Assembly (NCBI GenBank): GCA_965284445.1
Contig: OZ260085.1
Span: forward strand, 2,017,443 to 2,081,442
Source: Crocinitomicaceae bacterium
Lineage (GTDB): Bacteria; Bacteroidota; Bacteroidia; Flavobacteriales_D; Crocinitomicaceae
Reading direction: 5' to 3'
DNA length: 64,000 nt
A program made the translations under genes and the position numbers. The number at the start of each line of letters is the position of its first letter. The stretch's first letter is position 1. Positions 47,090 through 56,165 of the stretch are shown piece after piece. The notes beneath the pieces are model-generated. The model was not told the origin of the DNA. It made no database searches and was given only the letters and a program-made list of their open reading frames with translations.

Positions 47090-48469
47090 TTACAAACGAA
47101 ACAACATCGCAAAAATAAGTCTGCTTTCTGATTTCACTAAATCTGGTCGCCAAGATGGATCAAGTGGCACATTGGAATATCCCGTTTGAGAAGTTACTCC
47201 GCCAGCACCAGCAAAATAAGGGACATTGGCACTTCGATGTACAAATTCTACTCTAAAAGTAATGCTCTGATTGGGCATGTAATCTAAATTTGTGGAACAG
47301 TCCCAACCTTTGAAAACATCTCCAGGATTGGCGCTGAAAGGAAATGCACCTTCTGTTTGGGTTGGATTATTTGGATTCGGCAATGGGCTCGCTTGACCAG
47401 TTGGATACAAAACCAAATATCTTCCAGGGTTAGTCATTACTCCGCCGCCAATTGTCCAAGCAAATTTATTTTTGGCAAACCATAGTCTGTGATACAACAT
47501 TCCACTTACAAAGTATTGCGAAGGTCCGTGCGCTGAGTCACCTTTTTGAAATCCGTTTACACCATCGCCTTTTTCAAAACCGAAATCAGCCGTAAATGAA
47601 ATCGCTGCTTTAGAAATCCCTTTGGAATTAGGTTTATTCAAATAACGCACAAGTATGCTGTTATCACTGTGAAATCTTTTTCTATTAGGCAATCCAGCGG
47701 CATCTGTTCCGTAATAATTATTGGTCAACATTTTCAAATTTGAATTGGGCGTCCAAGTGATATTTCCGCCAAATCCGGGCATTTTATTGAAGCGTCCATA
47801 ACTCTGCCAACCATTTACCAACCATGGTTCGATCTTCAGATGTTTGGTTGGATGAATTTGACATCTAATTCCATTGAAAAACCAAGGGGTATTGTCTGAA
47901 GTAAACGAAGCTTGATATTCCCAATTTTCAGCTTGGTAAAAGGAATTCAGTCCAATATATGACATAAAAAGTCCCGCATCGATGTTGATTCCATACCATT
48001 TATTGATGTGATAACCTGCGTAAGCTTCACTCAAATAGCGATATACGTTTGCTAATTGATATTGACCTTTGTATGGACTGACATCATTTCGTGGAACAAC
48101 TTGTGAGCGGGTTCCAAATTGCGTCATGACTCTGGCACGCGCGCCTTTGTATTCGAAATCGCCGCCAAAATGCAGCGCTGAAAGTGTGATTTCGTTATTT
48201 CTTGTGAGCGCTGTGGAGCCAACAACCGTATTGTCATTTGGATTATTGAACGAATACGTATAATTCACATCTAGCATCAAACTTGGCGTGAAAAATTTCA
48301 AGTCTTTGAAAGTCGGTTCAGTTCTTCGATCGCTTCCATTTGCCCAAGTCATGTCGATGTCTTCGAAAGGAATTTTGGGTGTACGGATAGAATCTAGCTG
48401 ACTTTTTTGCGCTGAAGCTGATATTGTTAGGACGCTAACAGCAAATAAAATTTTAGTTTTCATTTTCAT
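47090..48469 (-). CDS. Outer-membrane porin-like beta-barrel (type recalled from Bacteroidota kdp loci)
   Basis: Signal peptide and a beta-strand pattern. The start is 7 nt after the kup stop. Confidence 0.6.
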   Translation of the reverse strand: MKMKTKILFAVSVLTISASAQKSQLDSIRTPKIPFEDIDMTWANGSDRRTEPTFKDLKFFTPSLMLDVNYTYSFNNPNDNTVVGSTALTRNNEITLSALHFGGDFEYKGARARVMTQFGTRSQVVPRNDVSPYKGQYQLANVYRYLSEAYAGYHINKWYGINIDAGLFMSYIGLNSFYQAENWEYQASFTSDNTPWFFNGIRCQIHPTKHLKIEPWLVNGWQSYGRFNKMPGFGGNITWTPNSNLKMLTNNYYGTDAAGLPNRKRFHSDNSILVRYLNKPNSKGISKAAISFTADFGFEKGDGVNGFQKGDSAHGPSQYFVSGMLYHRLWFAKNKFAWTIGGGVMTNPGRYLVLYPTGQASPLPNPNNPTQTEGAFPFSANPGDVFKGWDCSTNLDYMPNQSITFRVEFVHRSANVPYFAGAGGVTSQTGYSNVPLDPSWRPDLVKSESRLIFAMLFRL

Positions 48470-48476
48470 TAATTAG

Positions 48477-50444
48477 TTAAATAATTCTGGTGAGTTCTAC
48501 CTGATTGGCTTTTTGGTAAACCAAAGGAATTTGTTCAATGATGACATCATTTTTATCAAGTCCAAATGCAGCTTCGTCGCTTTGACCCAATCTTTTTAAG
48601 AGGAAATAAGAATTTAAAATCACGCCTTCTTTCATCGCAAATTCATTTTCAACGGAAAGAAATTTTTGAAAAACGACAAATTTGAAATCAGGACTTGAAT
48701 TATATTTTGTTGAACCGTCGGGACGAATATGCAAATTCAATTCTTTGTCATTGACTAAATCTTGGACAATTTTCTTGAAGTAAAGTTCCGTCTTGGGCTG
48801 AATTCTAAACCCTATATTGATATTTACTTTAATCACTTTATCGTCAATCAATTCTGAAACATCATACGTCAACGTGTAAGGTTGCTCAGTGCGATTAATG
48901 TGTACAAACCAATAAACATCTGCTTTTTTAGGGTTTTTAGCGAAAATTGATTGAATAATCTTTCCTTCAATTTCATGGCGATTATTGGCTTTAGTCAAAT
49001 AAATCAAATGCGTAGCAAATTTTGGAATTTCAGGATCCTCGCTCAATTCTTGAATTTGCGGTGAAAACTTGCCTAAATCTTCAAAATGCGTAAAACGATT
49101 GTTGATTTTTCTAGCATTATACCAAGTGTACATCGTTAGGAAGATGAAAAGTTCAAAGAAAAGAAACATCCATCTTTCTTTAATTTTAGCGACGTTGGCT
49201 ATGAAGAAAGAAATTTCAACTGTTGAAAAAATGAGCAATAATCCTACGACCAACCAAATATTCCACTTCAATTTAAAAATCAGGAAATAACTTAGTAAAA
49301 TCGTGGTCATCATCATAGCGATGGTGATTGAAAAACCATACGCTGCTTCCATGTGGCTTGACTCACGGAAATATAAAATCATCAAAATACATCCAAACCA
49401 AAGCAATATATTGATGCTTGGAATATAGATTTGACCTTTTGATTCTGACGGTTGTCGCACTGCAACTCGCGGCCAAAAATTCAAGTTCATTCCTTCGCTG
49501 ATCAAGGTGAAACTCCCACTGATTAAAGCTTGTGAAGCAATGATTGTTGCCAAGGTCGCGATGATGATACTTGGTATCAAAAACCAAGAAGGAACAACTT
49601 CGAAAAAAGGATTTCTGCCATCCAATTTTAACGAACCCTGATTGATTAGCCAAGCAGCCTGTCCTAAATAACAAGTCACCAAACTAATTTTTACAAAAAC
49701 CCATGTTATTCTGATGTTTTTAATGCCGCAATGCCCTAAATCTGAGTACAAAGCTTCTGCACCGGTTGTGCATAAAAAAACAGCGCCCAACAACCAAAAT
49801 CCATGCGGATAATTGGTTAATAAATCAATTGCATAATGAGGACTCAATGCTTTTAGCACAGTTGGAAATGAAGCAATTTGACTCAGACCAACAACAAAAA
49901 TCATCAAAAACCAAATGGCCATGATAGGACCAAAAAAGCGTCCGATGACGTGCGTTCCATAGCGTTGGAAAAAGAATAAAAGCGAAAGAATAATCACAAC
50001 CATTCCGACCGTAAAATTATTCCCTGCTACCACAGTATTTTGAAGTCCATCCACCATTCCCAATCCTTCGATTGCAGAAGCCACAGAAATGGGCGGTGTA
50101 ATGATTCCATCTGCAAGTAAAGCGGTTGCGCCTAAAATCGTTGGTATGACTAATTTTTTACCGTATTTTCGTACTAAAGCGTACAAAGAAAAAACACCTC
50201 CTTCACCTTCATTGTCCGCTTTCAGGGTTAACCAAATATATTTGATGGATGTTTGAAAAACCAAGGTCCAAAAAATACAGGAAACACCACCATAAACTAA
50301 GGTTTCTGTGATTTCTCGATCTCCAATTACAGCTCTAAGTGCATAAAGTGGACTTGTACCGATATCGCCATAAATTATTCCTAAAGCGACAAGTAAAGAA
50401 GCAGCGGTAACTTTGCTTTTTACGGAAGAAAAAGATTTGCTCAT
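48477..50444 (-). CDS. kup: KUP/HAK/KT potassium uptake transporter
   Basis: LGIIYGDIGTSPLYAL signature, 12 TM segments plus a cytoplasmic C-terminal domain. Confidence 0.93.
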   Translation of the reverse strand: MSKSFSSVKSKVTAASLLVALGIIYGDIGTSPLYALRAVIGDREITETLVYGGVSCIFWTLVFQTSIKYIWLTLKADNEGEGGVFSLYALVRKYGKKLVIPTILGATALLADGIITPPISVASAIEGLGMVDGLQNTVVAGNNFTVGMVVIILSLLFFFQRYGTHVIGRFFGPIMAIWFLMIFVVGLSQIASFPTVLKALSPHYAIDLLTNYPHGFWLLGAVFLCTTGAEALYSDLGHCGIKNIRITWVFVKISLVTCYLGQAAWLINQGSLKLDGRNPFFEVVPSWFLIPSIIIATLATIIASQALISGSFTLISEGMNLNFWPRVAVRQPSESKGQIYIPSINILLWFGCILMILYFRESSHMEAAYGFSITIAMMMTTILLSYFLIFKLKWNIWLVVGLLLIFSTVEISFFIANVAKIKERWMFLFFELFIFLTMYTWYNARKINNRFTHFEDLGKFSPQIQELSEDPEIPKFATHLIYLTKANNRHEIEGKIIQSIFAKNPKKADVYWFVHINRTEQPYTLTYDVSELIDDKVIKVNINIGFRIQPKTELYFKKIVQDLVNDKELNLHIRPDGSTKYNSSPDFKFVVFQKFLSVENEFAMKEGVILNSYFLLKRLGQSDEAAFGLDKNDVIIEQIPLVYQKANQVELTRII

Positions 50445-50493
50445 TGATATAAAATTGAATGAGCAAATTTCAATGTTATTCTATGAATGAAAA

Positions 50494-50532
50494 ATAAAGA
50501 ATCGACTTGAAAAAATAAAGATTTTATAAAGA
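50494..50532 (-). promoter_or_regulatory. Three phased TCTTTAT repeats (KdpE-box-like TTTATA-N5-TTTATT) upstream of kup
   Basis: ATAAAGA on the + strand at 50494-50500, 50515-50521 and 50526-50532, with spacings of 21 and 11 bp. A TAACATTG -7-like box lies at 50471-50478. Confidence 0.35.
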
Positions 50533-51210
50533 TTATATAAATCGATATCCAACACCACTCTCAGTGATTACATGTTTTGGAAGGTGAAAATCTTCTTCAA
50601 TTTTCTTGCGCAACGTTCCGATAAAAACACGCAAATATTGGGTTTCCATTTGGTAAGCAATTCCCCAAATTTCTTTCAAAATAAACTGATGTGTGAGTAC
50701 ACGACCTTCATTTTTAAAAAATAATGCAAGTAAATTAAACTCTGTATTGGTCAATTTGATTTGAAATCCAGCTTTCAAAACGACTCTGGTTGAAAAATCA
50801 ATTTCTAAATCTCCGCATTGCGCTTTAGAATTTACGATTGCGTTGTTATTTCTTCGAATCGCAGAACGAATTCGAGCCAACAATTCAGCAGTACGAAAAG
50901 GTTTGGTTAAGTAGTCATTGGCTCCATTATCGAGCGCCAAAACAATGTCATTTTCGTGATTCAAAACAGATAAAACAATGATGGCTTTGTCAAACCATTG
51001 ACGCAATTCTTTCAAAACTTCATGTCCACTTTTATCGGGCAAACCAAGATCTAATAAAATCAATTGAGGCGGATGATTTGCAGCAAGTTGAATTCCTTGT
51101 TTGGCGTTTTCCGCTAATCGAACAATAAAATCATTGCTTTCGAGTGTGATTTCAAGCAATTTACGAATTTGAGGTTCGTCGTCGATAATCAAAATCTCCG
51201 CTTTATTCAT
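50533..51210 (-). CDS. OmpR-family response regulator, KdpE-like
   Basis: Receiver domain (IIDDEP, LILLDLGLPD) plus a winged helix (GVGYRFI). It overlaps the kinase gene by 8 nt. Confidence 0.85.
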   Translation of the reverse strand: MNKAEILIIDDEPQIRKLLEITLESNDFIVRLAENAKQGIQLAANHPPQLILLDLGLPDKSGHEVLKELRQWFDKAIIVLSVLNHENDIVLALDNGANDYLTKPFRTAELLARIRSAIRRNNNAIVNSKAQCGDLEIDFSTRVVLKAGFQIKLTNTEFNLLALFFKNEGRVLTHQFILKEIWGIAYQMETQYLRVFIGTLRKKIEEDFHLPKHVITESGVGYRFI

Positions 51211-52279
51211 TTTTCAAATTATTCATAAATGAAACCTCTACTGGAATATCAATCAAAAACTTAACACCGCTTGGCTGATTTGGTTTGGCAAAAATTGATC
51301 CTTGCTGAATCTCAACAAATCCTTTCACGATAGATAATCCCAAACCACTTCCACCTGTTTCAGAATTTGGAATCCGATAAAATTTCTCGAAAATTTTGGT
51401 CTGTTGGGTTGCTTCAATTCCTTTTCCATTGTCAGAAACAGAAAAATGCCATTTTCCATCTATAAACTCTGACTCAATGCTAATTTGAACATGCTCACCA
51501 GCGTATTTTAATGCGTTGTGAATCAAATTATGAACGATTTGTTCAATCAATCCAACATCTAATTTCATCAAGGGAAGCAATTCGTTTGGCTGAAAAGAAA
51601 TCTTTTGTCGTTGCGTTTCGTCAAATTCATGAATTACACTGATGATCAATTCATTTGAATCTGTCCAATCTAATACTGGCTTTAAAAATCCAGATTCTAA
51701 ACGACTCATATTCAATAAATTTTCAACTTGTCGATTTAATCTCGTACCAGCTGTATCAATTTGTTGTAACAATTCAGTTTGTTGACTTGCAGTCAATTGA
51801 ATGTTTTTATCCTGTAAAGTATCCACTGAGCCAATAATGGTAGAAATGGGTGTTCGTAATTCATGTGAAAGCGAATTTAGCAAAGTATTGTAAAACTGAA
51901 TTTGTTCCGCTTCTTGTGCTTTCAATCTTACTTTTTTTTCTTCTTTTCGGATTTTGAAACTCAATACAGTATTTACAAAAGCGATGATAAAATAGAGCAA
52001 AAACATCAAACCGTCTTCTGTGCTTGTGATGTGAAACGTGAAAATCGGCGGAATAAAAAAGAAATTCCAAATCAAAGAACTTAGCAAGGCGGCCAATAAA
52101 ACGGGGAATATCTCAAAAAGCATCGCAATGACTGAAACCGTCATTAATAAAATCAGTGCGACAACTTTGTAGCCAATAACATCCTTGAACAAAAAAGAAA
52201 TCCCAGCAACCACCAAAACCAGAGAAATACTCAATGAAAATTGAATTAAATGACTGTAAGACCTGGTTTTATAAATCAT
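51203..52279 (-). CDS. Sensor histidine kinase with a KdpD-type membrane domain (DUF4118-like), lacking the KdpD N-terminal sensor/Usp region
   Basis: Four TM segments, then the H-box SHELRTPIS and an HATPase region (GSGLGLSIVKG). 358 aa. Confidence 0.82.
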   Translation of the reverse strand: MIYKTRSYSHLIQFSLSISLVLVVAGISFLFKDVIGYKVVALILLMTVSVIAMLFEIFPVLLAALLSSLIWNFFFIPPIFTFHITSTEDGLMFLLYFIIAFVNTVLSFKIRKEEKKVRLKAQEAEQIQFYNTLLNSLSHELRTPISTIIGSVDTLQDKNIQLTASQQTELLQQIDTAGTRLNRQVENLLNMSRLESGFLKPVLDWTDSNELIISVIHEFDETQRQKISFQPNELLPLMKLDVGLIEQIVHNLIHNALKYAGEHVQISIESEFIDGKWHFSVSDNGKGIEATQQTKIFEKFYRIPNSETGGSGLGLSIVKGFVEIQQGSIFAKPNQPSGVKFLIDIPVEVSFMNNLKNE

Positions 52280-52303
52280 TCTTTATACTTGAATTATCCG
52301 AAA

Positions 52304-52311
52304 CAAATGTA
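52304..52311 (-). promoter_or_regulatory. -7 box TACATTTG for the kinase-regulator-kup-porin operon
   Basis: The reverse complement of CAAATGTA lies 25 nt upstream of the ATG at 52279. Confidence 0.4.
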
Positions 52312-52411
52312 AGCCAATAGTTATAAAGAAAGTATAAAGATTTGATTCATTTTAAAAATAAAAAATGCGAACAAAATCCCTGCTATTCTTGTTTTTAAAA
52401 GAGAAATCAAA

Positions 52412-53956
52412 ATGATGAAAGAACCAAAAACGCTCCGTCTAATTCTAGGCGATCAACTCAATTACAATCATTCTTGGTTTCAAGAAGTGAACGAAAATCA
52501 CATTTATGCTTTGTTTGAAGTGCGCTCTGAAACGGACTATGTCAATCATCATATTCAGAAAGTAGCCGGATTTTTTGCGGCGATGCGGGCATTTGCTGCT
52601 CATTTGATTTCCGAAGGACATGATATTCGTTACTGTAAAATCAGTGAAACAACTTCCTTTACTACTTTTGAAGAAGGAATCAATCAGTTGATTTTAGAAG
52701 AAAACTTTACCCGATTTGAATACCAAGAACCTGACGAATATCGCGTCGATCAGCATCTGAAATCCTTGGTTGAAAAGCTGTCTATTCCTTGGGATGTTTG
52801 TTCCAGTGAACATTTTTATACAGAGAGAGATACTTTAGAAAAAATCTTCGAAGGGAAAAAAACGTACTTGATGGAAACGTTCTATCGTCAAATTCGCAAG
52901 ACGGAAATGATTTTAATGGATGGCGACAAACCTGTTACCGGACAATGGAATTATGATAGCGACAACCGAAAAAAGATACCCAAAAATCATGTTGTAAGCG
53001 CGCCGTTTTTATTTGAAAATGATGTTACTACAATTTACGAAGAAATTCTATCTGTTGGAATCAAAACCATTGGGAAAATTGATGCAAAACGATTCATTTG
53101 GCCTATCAATCGACAGCAAGCGCTGGAATTATTGGACGCTTTTATTGAAAATTGTTTGCCTTTTTTCGGAACTTTTGAAGATGCCATGACCACGCAATCT
53201 TGGTCGGTGTATCATTCTCGATTGTCATTTTCCATGAATTTGAAAATTTTGTCACCCCAAGAAGTCATTGAAAAAGTAATCCAAGCTTGGGAATCGCGCA
53301 AAGAAGAAATCACCTACAATCAAGTAGAAGGATTTGTGCGACAAATAGTTGGCTGGAGAGAATTCATGAGGGGAATTTATTGGGCAAAAATGCCTGAATT
53401 TGCGACCTTGAATTTCTTAAATCACTCTAATCCATTGCCAAATTGGTTTTGGACTGGTGACACAAAAATGAAATGTTTGCAATCATCCATTCATCAATCC
53501 TTGGATTACGCTTATGCACATCACATTCAACGGTTGATGGTTACAGGAAATTTTGCGCTTTTGGCGGGAGTAAATCCAGATGAATTAGATCAATGGTATT
53601 TGGGAATTTACATCGATGCATTGGATTGGGTGGAAATCACCAATACCCGCGGCATGAGTCAATTTGCGGACGGTGGAATTATTGGCACCAAACCGTACGT
53701 ATCTTCCGCGACTTACATCGATAAAATGAGCAATTATTGCGAAAATTGCTTTTACTCCAAAAAAGAAAAAGTAGGTGAAAAAGCCTGTCCATTCAATAGT
53801 TTGTATTGGCATTTTTATGACCGACATGAAAATAAATTAGGCAAAAATCCACGCATTGGCATGATGTACAATGTTTGGAACAAGATGGAAATTTCCAAAA
53901 AAGAAGCAATTTTAGTACAAGCACAATATTATTTAGACAACATTAACTCTTTGTAA
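52412..53956 (+). CDS. Fe-S bacterial cryptochrome/photolyase (FeS-BCP, (6-4) photolyase PhrB/CryB type)
   Basis: Cys spacing C-x87-C-x2-C-x12-C (MKC...CENC...EKAC), counted directly. It equals the 4Fe-4S ligand spacing I recall for PhrB (C350/C438/C441/C454). Confidence 0.82.
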   Translation: MMKEPKTLRLILGDQLNYNHSWFQEVNENHIYALFEVRSETDYVNHHIQKVAGFFAAMRAFAAHLISEGHDIRYCKISETTSFTTFEEGINQLILEENFTRFEYQEPDEYRVDQHLKSLVEKLSIPWDVCSSEHFYTERDTLEKIFEGKKTYLMETFYRQIRKTEMILMDGDKPVTGQWNYDSDNRKKIPKNHVVSAPFLFENDVTTIYEEILSVGIKTIGKIDAKRFIWPINRQQALELLDAFIENCLPFFGTFEDAMTTQSWSVYHSRLSFSMNLKILSPQEVIEKVIQAWESRKEEITYNQVEGFVRQIVGWREFMRGIYWAKMPEFATLNFLNHSNPLPNWFWTGDTKMKCLQSSIHQSLDYAYAHHIQRLMVTGNFALLAGVNPDELDQWYLGIYIDALDWVEITNTRGMSQFADGGIIGTKPYVSSATYIDKMSNYCENCFYSKKEKVGEKACPFNSLYWHFYDRHENKLGKNPRIGMMYNVWNKMEISKKEAILVQAQYYLDNINSL

Positions 53957-55246
53957 ATGAAACGTTCAATCATTTGGTTCAAAACAGACTTACGCCTTCA
54001 CGACAATGAAACTTTGGTAGAAGCCATTGCGCACAGCGATGAAGTGATTCCGGTTTACTGCATGGATGAAAATTGGGACAAACGAGTCGGTAAATTTCAA
54101 AAAACTGGGAATTTCAGAAAACAATTTATCATTGAATCTTTGATCGATTTGGATAACAATCTGCGCGAAAAAGGGAGCGGATTGTGGATTTTGAAAGGAA
54201 ACCCGAGTATCGAAATCCCAAAATTTGCCACTTTAAATGAGGTACATAAAGTGTACACTAAAAAAGAAATCGCTTCAGAAGAAAAACAAATGCTCGTTGA
54301 CGTGGAACAAGCGCTTTGGAAACACAAATGCGTCATGGAAACATTCAGCACCAGCACTTTGTATCACGCAGTTGATTTGCCCTTCGCTATTTCACAAATC
54401 CCAGACATGTTTACGCAATTTCGCAAGCGAACCGAGCATGAATCTCCCATTCGACCAATTGTTCCCACGCCTGAAAAAATTCCTTCACCTGTCATTCCGC
54501 TTTTACAAGTCCAACATTTAGATTTACTCCAACTGCCAATCGAAAAAATCGACGAAAGAGCAGCACTCCAGTTCAAAGGCGGCGAAACTGAAGCTTTGAA
54601 AAGATTGAATTATTATCTTTTTGAAAGCAAATTATTGTTGAAATACAAGGAAACTCGCAATGGATTAATTGGTGGCGATTATTCCTCTAAATTATCTCCG
54701 TGGTTGGCAACAGGAAGTATATCTCCAAGATACATTTACCACGAAATCAAGAAATTTGAAACTGAAAATCAAGCAAATGAATCGACTTATTGGTTGATTT
54801 TTGAATTGCTATGGCGTGATTTTTTCCGATTCATGTTTAAAAAACATGGCGCAAATTTTTTTAAATTGCATGGATTCAATCAACGCGAAACTGGTTACAC
54901 AGCAAAAGATGAGACAGTAATTCAAGCTTGGATTGACGGCAAAACGGGCGATGATTTTGTGGATGCCAACATGCGTGAATTGAAATTAACTGGATTTATG
55001 AGTAACCGCGGAAGACAAAATGTTGCTAGTTATTTCATCGACCAACTCAAACAAGATTGGCGCATTGGCGCAAGATATTTTGAACAACAACTCATCGACT
55101 ACGATGTTTCAAGCAATTGGGGAAATTGGGCATATCAGGCTGGTGTGGGCAACGACCCGCGAGGAAAGCGTGTATTTGATACACAGAAGCAAGCCAAAGA
55201 TTATGATGGAAAAATGGAATATCGTAGGTTGTGGTTGGGTGAGTGA
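53957..55246 (+). CDS. DASH-type cryptochrome/photolyase
   Basis: IIWFKTDLRLHDNETL N-terminus. FAD-binding C-terminal half (WRDFF, SNRGRQNVASY, NWGNWAY). The start abuts the upstream stop. Confidence 0.85.
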   Translation: MKRSIIWFKTDLRLHDNETLVEAIAHSDEVIPVYCMDENWDKRVGKFQKTGNFRKQFIIESLIDLDNNLREKGSGLWILKGNPSIEIPKFATLNEVHKVYTKKEIASEEKQMLVDVEQALWKHKCVMETFSTSTLYHAVDLPFAISQIPDMFTQFRKRTEHESPIRPIVPTPEKIPSPVIPLLQVQHLDLLQLPIEKIDERAALQFKGGETEALKRLNYYLFESKLLLKYKETRNGLIGGDYSSKLSPWLATGSISPRYIYHEIKKFETENQANESTYWLIFELLWRDFFRFMFKKHGANFFKLHGFNQRETGYTAKDETVIQAWIDGKTGDDFVDANMRELKLTGFMSNRGRQNVASYFIDQLKQDWRIGARYFEQQLIDYDVSSNWGNWAYQAGVGNDPRGKRVFDTQKQAKDYDGKMEYRRLWLGE

Positions 55247-55276
55247 GATTAATTTTTGTTCGAAAATTTATAATAC

Positions 55277-55615
55277 TTATTTATGCTTAAGAATTAAAAT
55301 CTCACTAGACAATTTTGGGATATCTTTCTGAATTATAGCCCAAATCATCTCAGGTTCAACTGAGTCATATGCATGAGCAATAATATTTCTTAATCCAATG
55401 ATGTTTTTGATTGAAGAAATTTGAATTGATGGATTTATTTCGGTAATATTTTTGATTGCTTCACCTAGAATTTCTAAATCTCTCTCAATAGCTCGCTGCA
55501 AAATTATATCATACTTAAAAAGGATAAAATTATTATCGGTCTTAGTTTTTATCGCTTCAATTTCAATAATTACACTCTCTACATCGAGAATATATTTAAG
55601 TAGTTTATGCTGCAT
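55277..55615 (-). CDS. hepT: HepT-like (DUF86) RNase toxin
   Basis: RX4HXY motif in LRNIIAHAYD. 112 aa. Overlaps the upstream antitoxin gene by 11 nt. Confidence 0.85.
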   Translation of the reverse strand: MQHKLLKYILDVESVIIEIEAIKTKTDNNFILFKYDIILQRAIERDLEILGEAIKNITEINPSIQISSIKNIIGLRNIIAHAYDSVEPEMIWAIIQKDIPKLSSEILILKHK

Positions 55616-55913
55616 ACAATTCTACTTTTGTTTTCTCAATTTCTTCAATTAAGACAGAATTCCTAAGTGATTTTTGAGTAACTAAATCTATTTTTCTTCC
55701 CATTAAAGCTTCTAATTTCTCTAAGAAAAAAAAGTAATTGTCTGCATAATCCAATAGATAAAGATCATCTGAAAACTGCACTAAAAAATCAATATCACTG
55801 TCTTCGTTCATTGTTTCTTTTGCAGCCGAACCAAATAAAGCAATTGACGTTACGCAGTGCAATTTGCTCAACGCAATTATTTGTTCAATTTTTTCCTCTA
55901 CTATTTTTATCAT
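55605..55913 (-). CDS. mntA: MntA-like minimal nucleotidyltransferase antitoxin
   Basis: GSxx...DxD motif: LFGSAAKETMNEDSDIDFLV. Confidence 0.85.
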   Translation of the reverse strand: MIKIVEEKIEQIIALSKLHCVTSIALFGSAAKETMNEDSDIDFLVQFSDDLYLLDYADNYFFFLEKLEALMGRKIDLVTQKSLRNSVLIEEIEKTKVELYAA

Positions 55914-55920
55914 CTTAATT

Positions 55921-55928
55921 CAAATATA
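55921..55928 (-). promoter_or_regulatory. -7 box TATATTTG only 7 nt from the mntA ATG (near-leaderless)
   Basis: The reverse complement of CAAATATA, with the ATG at 55913. Confidence 0.4.
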
Positions 55929-56018
55929 CAAAAAATGATTATTAAATCGAATTAATGAAAGTAAGTTTCGACTTAATACATTTATAAAGAGTTAGAAACA
56001 CTGTCAGAATGAAGAAAA

Positions 56019-56058
56019 AAGAAAGGGAATAATCGCTCTTGCTCCCATTCCCTTTCTT
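56019..56058. terminator. Bidirectional terminator (12-bp perfect stem)
   Basis: AAGAAAGGGAAT (56019-56030) / ATTCCCTTTCTT (56047-56058), with T-runs on both strands. It lies directly 3' of the tRNA. Confidence 0.7.
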
Positions 56059-56063
56059 TTTTG

Positions 56064-56137
56064 TGGTCCCACTTGGAATCGAACCAAGCACCTACTGATT
56101 ATGAGTCAGTTGCTCTAACCGAATGAGCTATAGGACC
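56064..56137 (-). tRNA. tRNA with CAT anticodon (elongator Met, or Ile2 if lysidine-modified); CCA not encoded
   Basis: The 74-nt reverse complement GGTCCTATAGCTCATTCGGTTAGAGCAACTGACTCATAATCAGTAGGTGCTTGGTTCGATTCCAAGTGGGACCA folds as a 7/4/5/5 cloverleaf with a TTCGATT T-loop. Confidence 0.9.
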
Positions 56138-56165
56138 TTTCCCTTTCGAAAAATCTATCGGGGTG

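Noticed and set aside
50445-50532. c-di-AMP (ydaO/kimA-type) riboswitch ahead of kup
   Set aside because: The spacer is only 88 nt and almost pure A/T. It lacks the G/C-rich conserved cores of that riboswitch class.
56009-56032. Mini-ORF ATGAAGAAAAAAGAAAGGGAATAA (MKKKERE)
   Set aside because: It lies inside the left arm of the terminator hairpin. It is too short and low-complexity, and has no support as a coding sequence.
56064-56137. Initiator tRNA-fMet
   Set aside because: Position 1-72 is a normal G-C pair, and the anticodon stem lacks the three consecutive G-C pairs characteristic of bacterial initiators.
55250-56140. Genomic island integrated at the tRNA
   Set aside because: There is no integrase or recombinase. 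I found no direct repeat of the tRNA 3' end in the surrounding sequence. Only a 2-gene TA pair lies between conserved genes.
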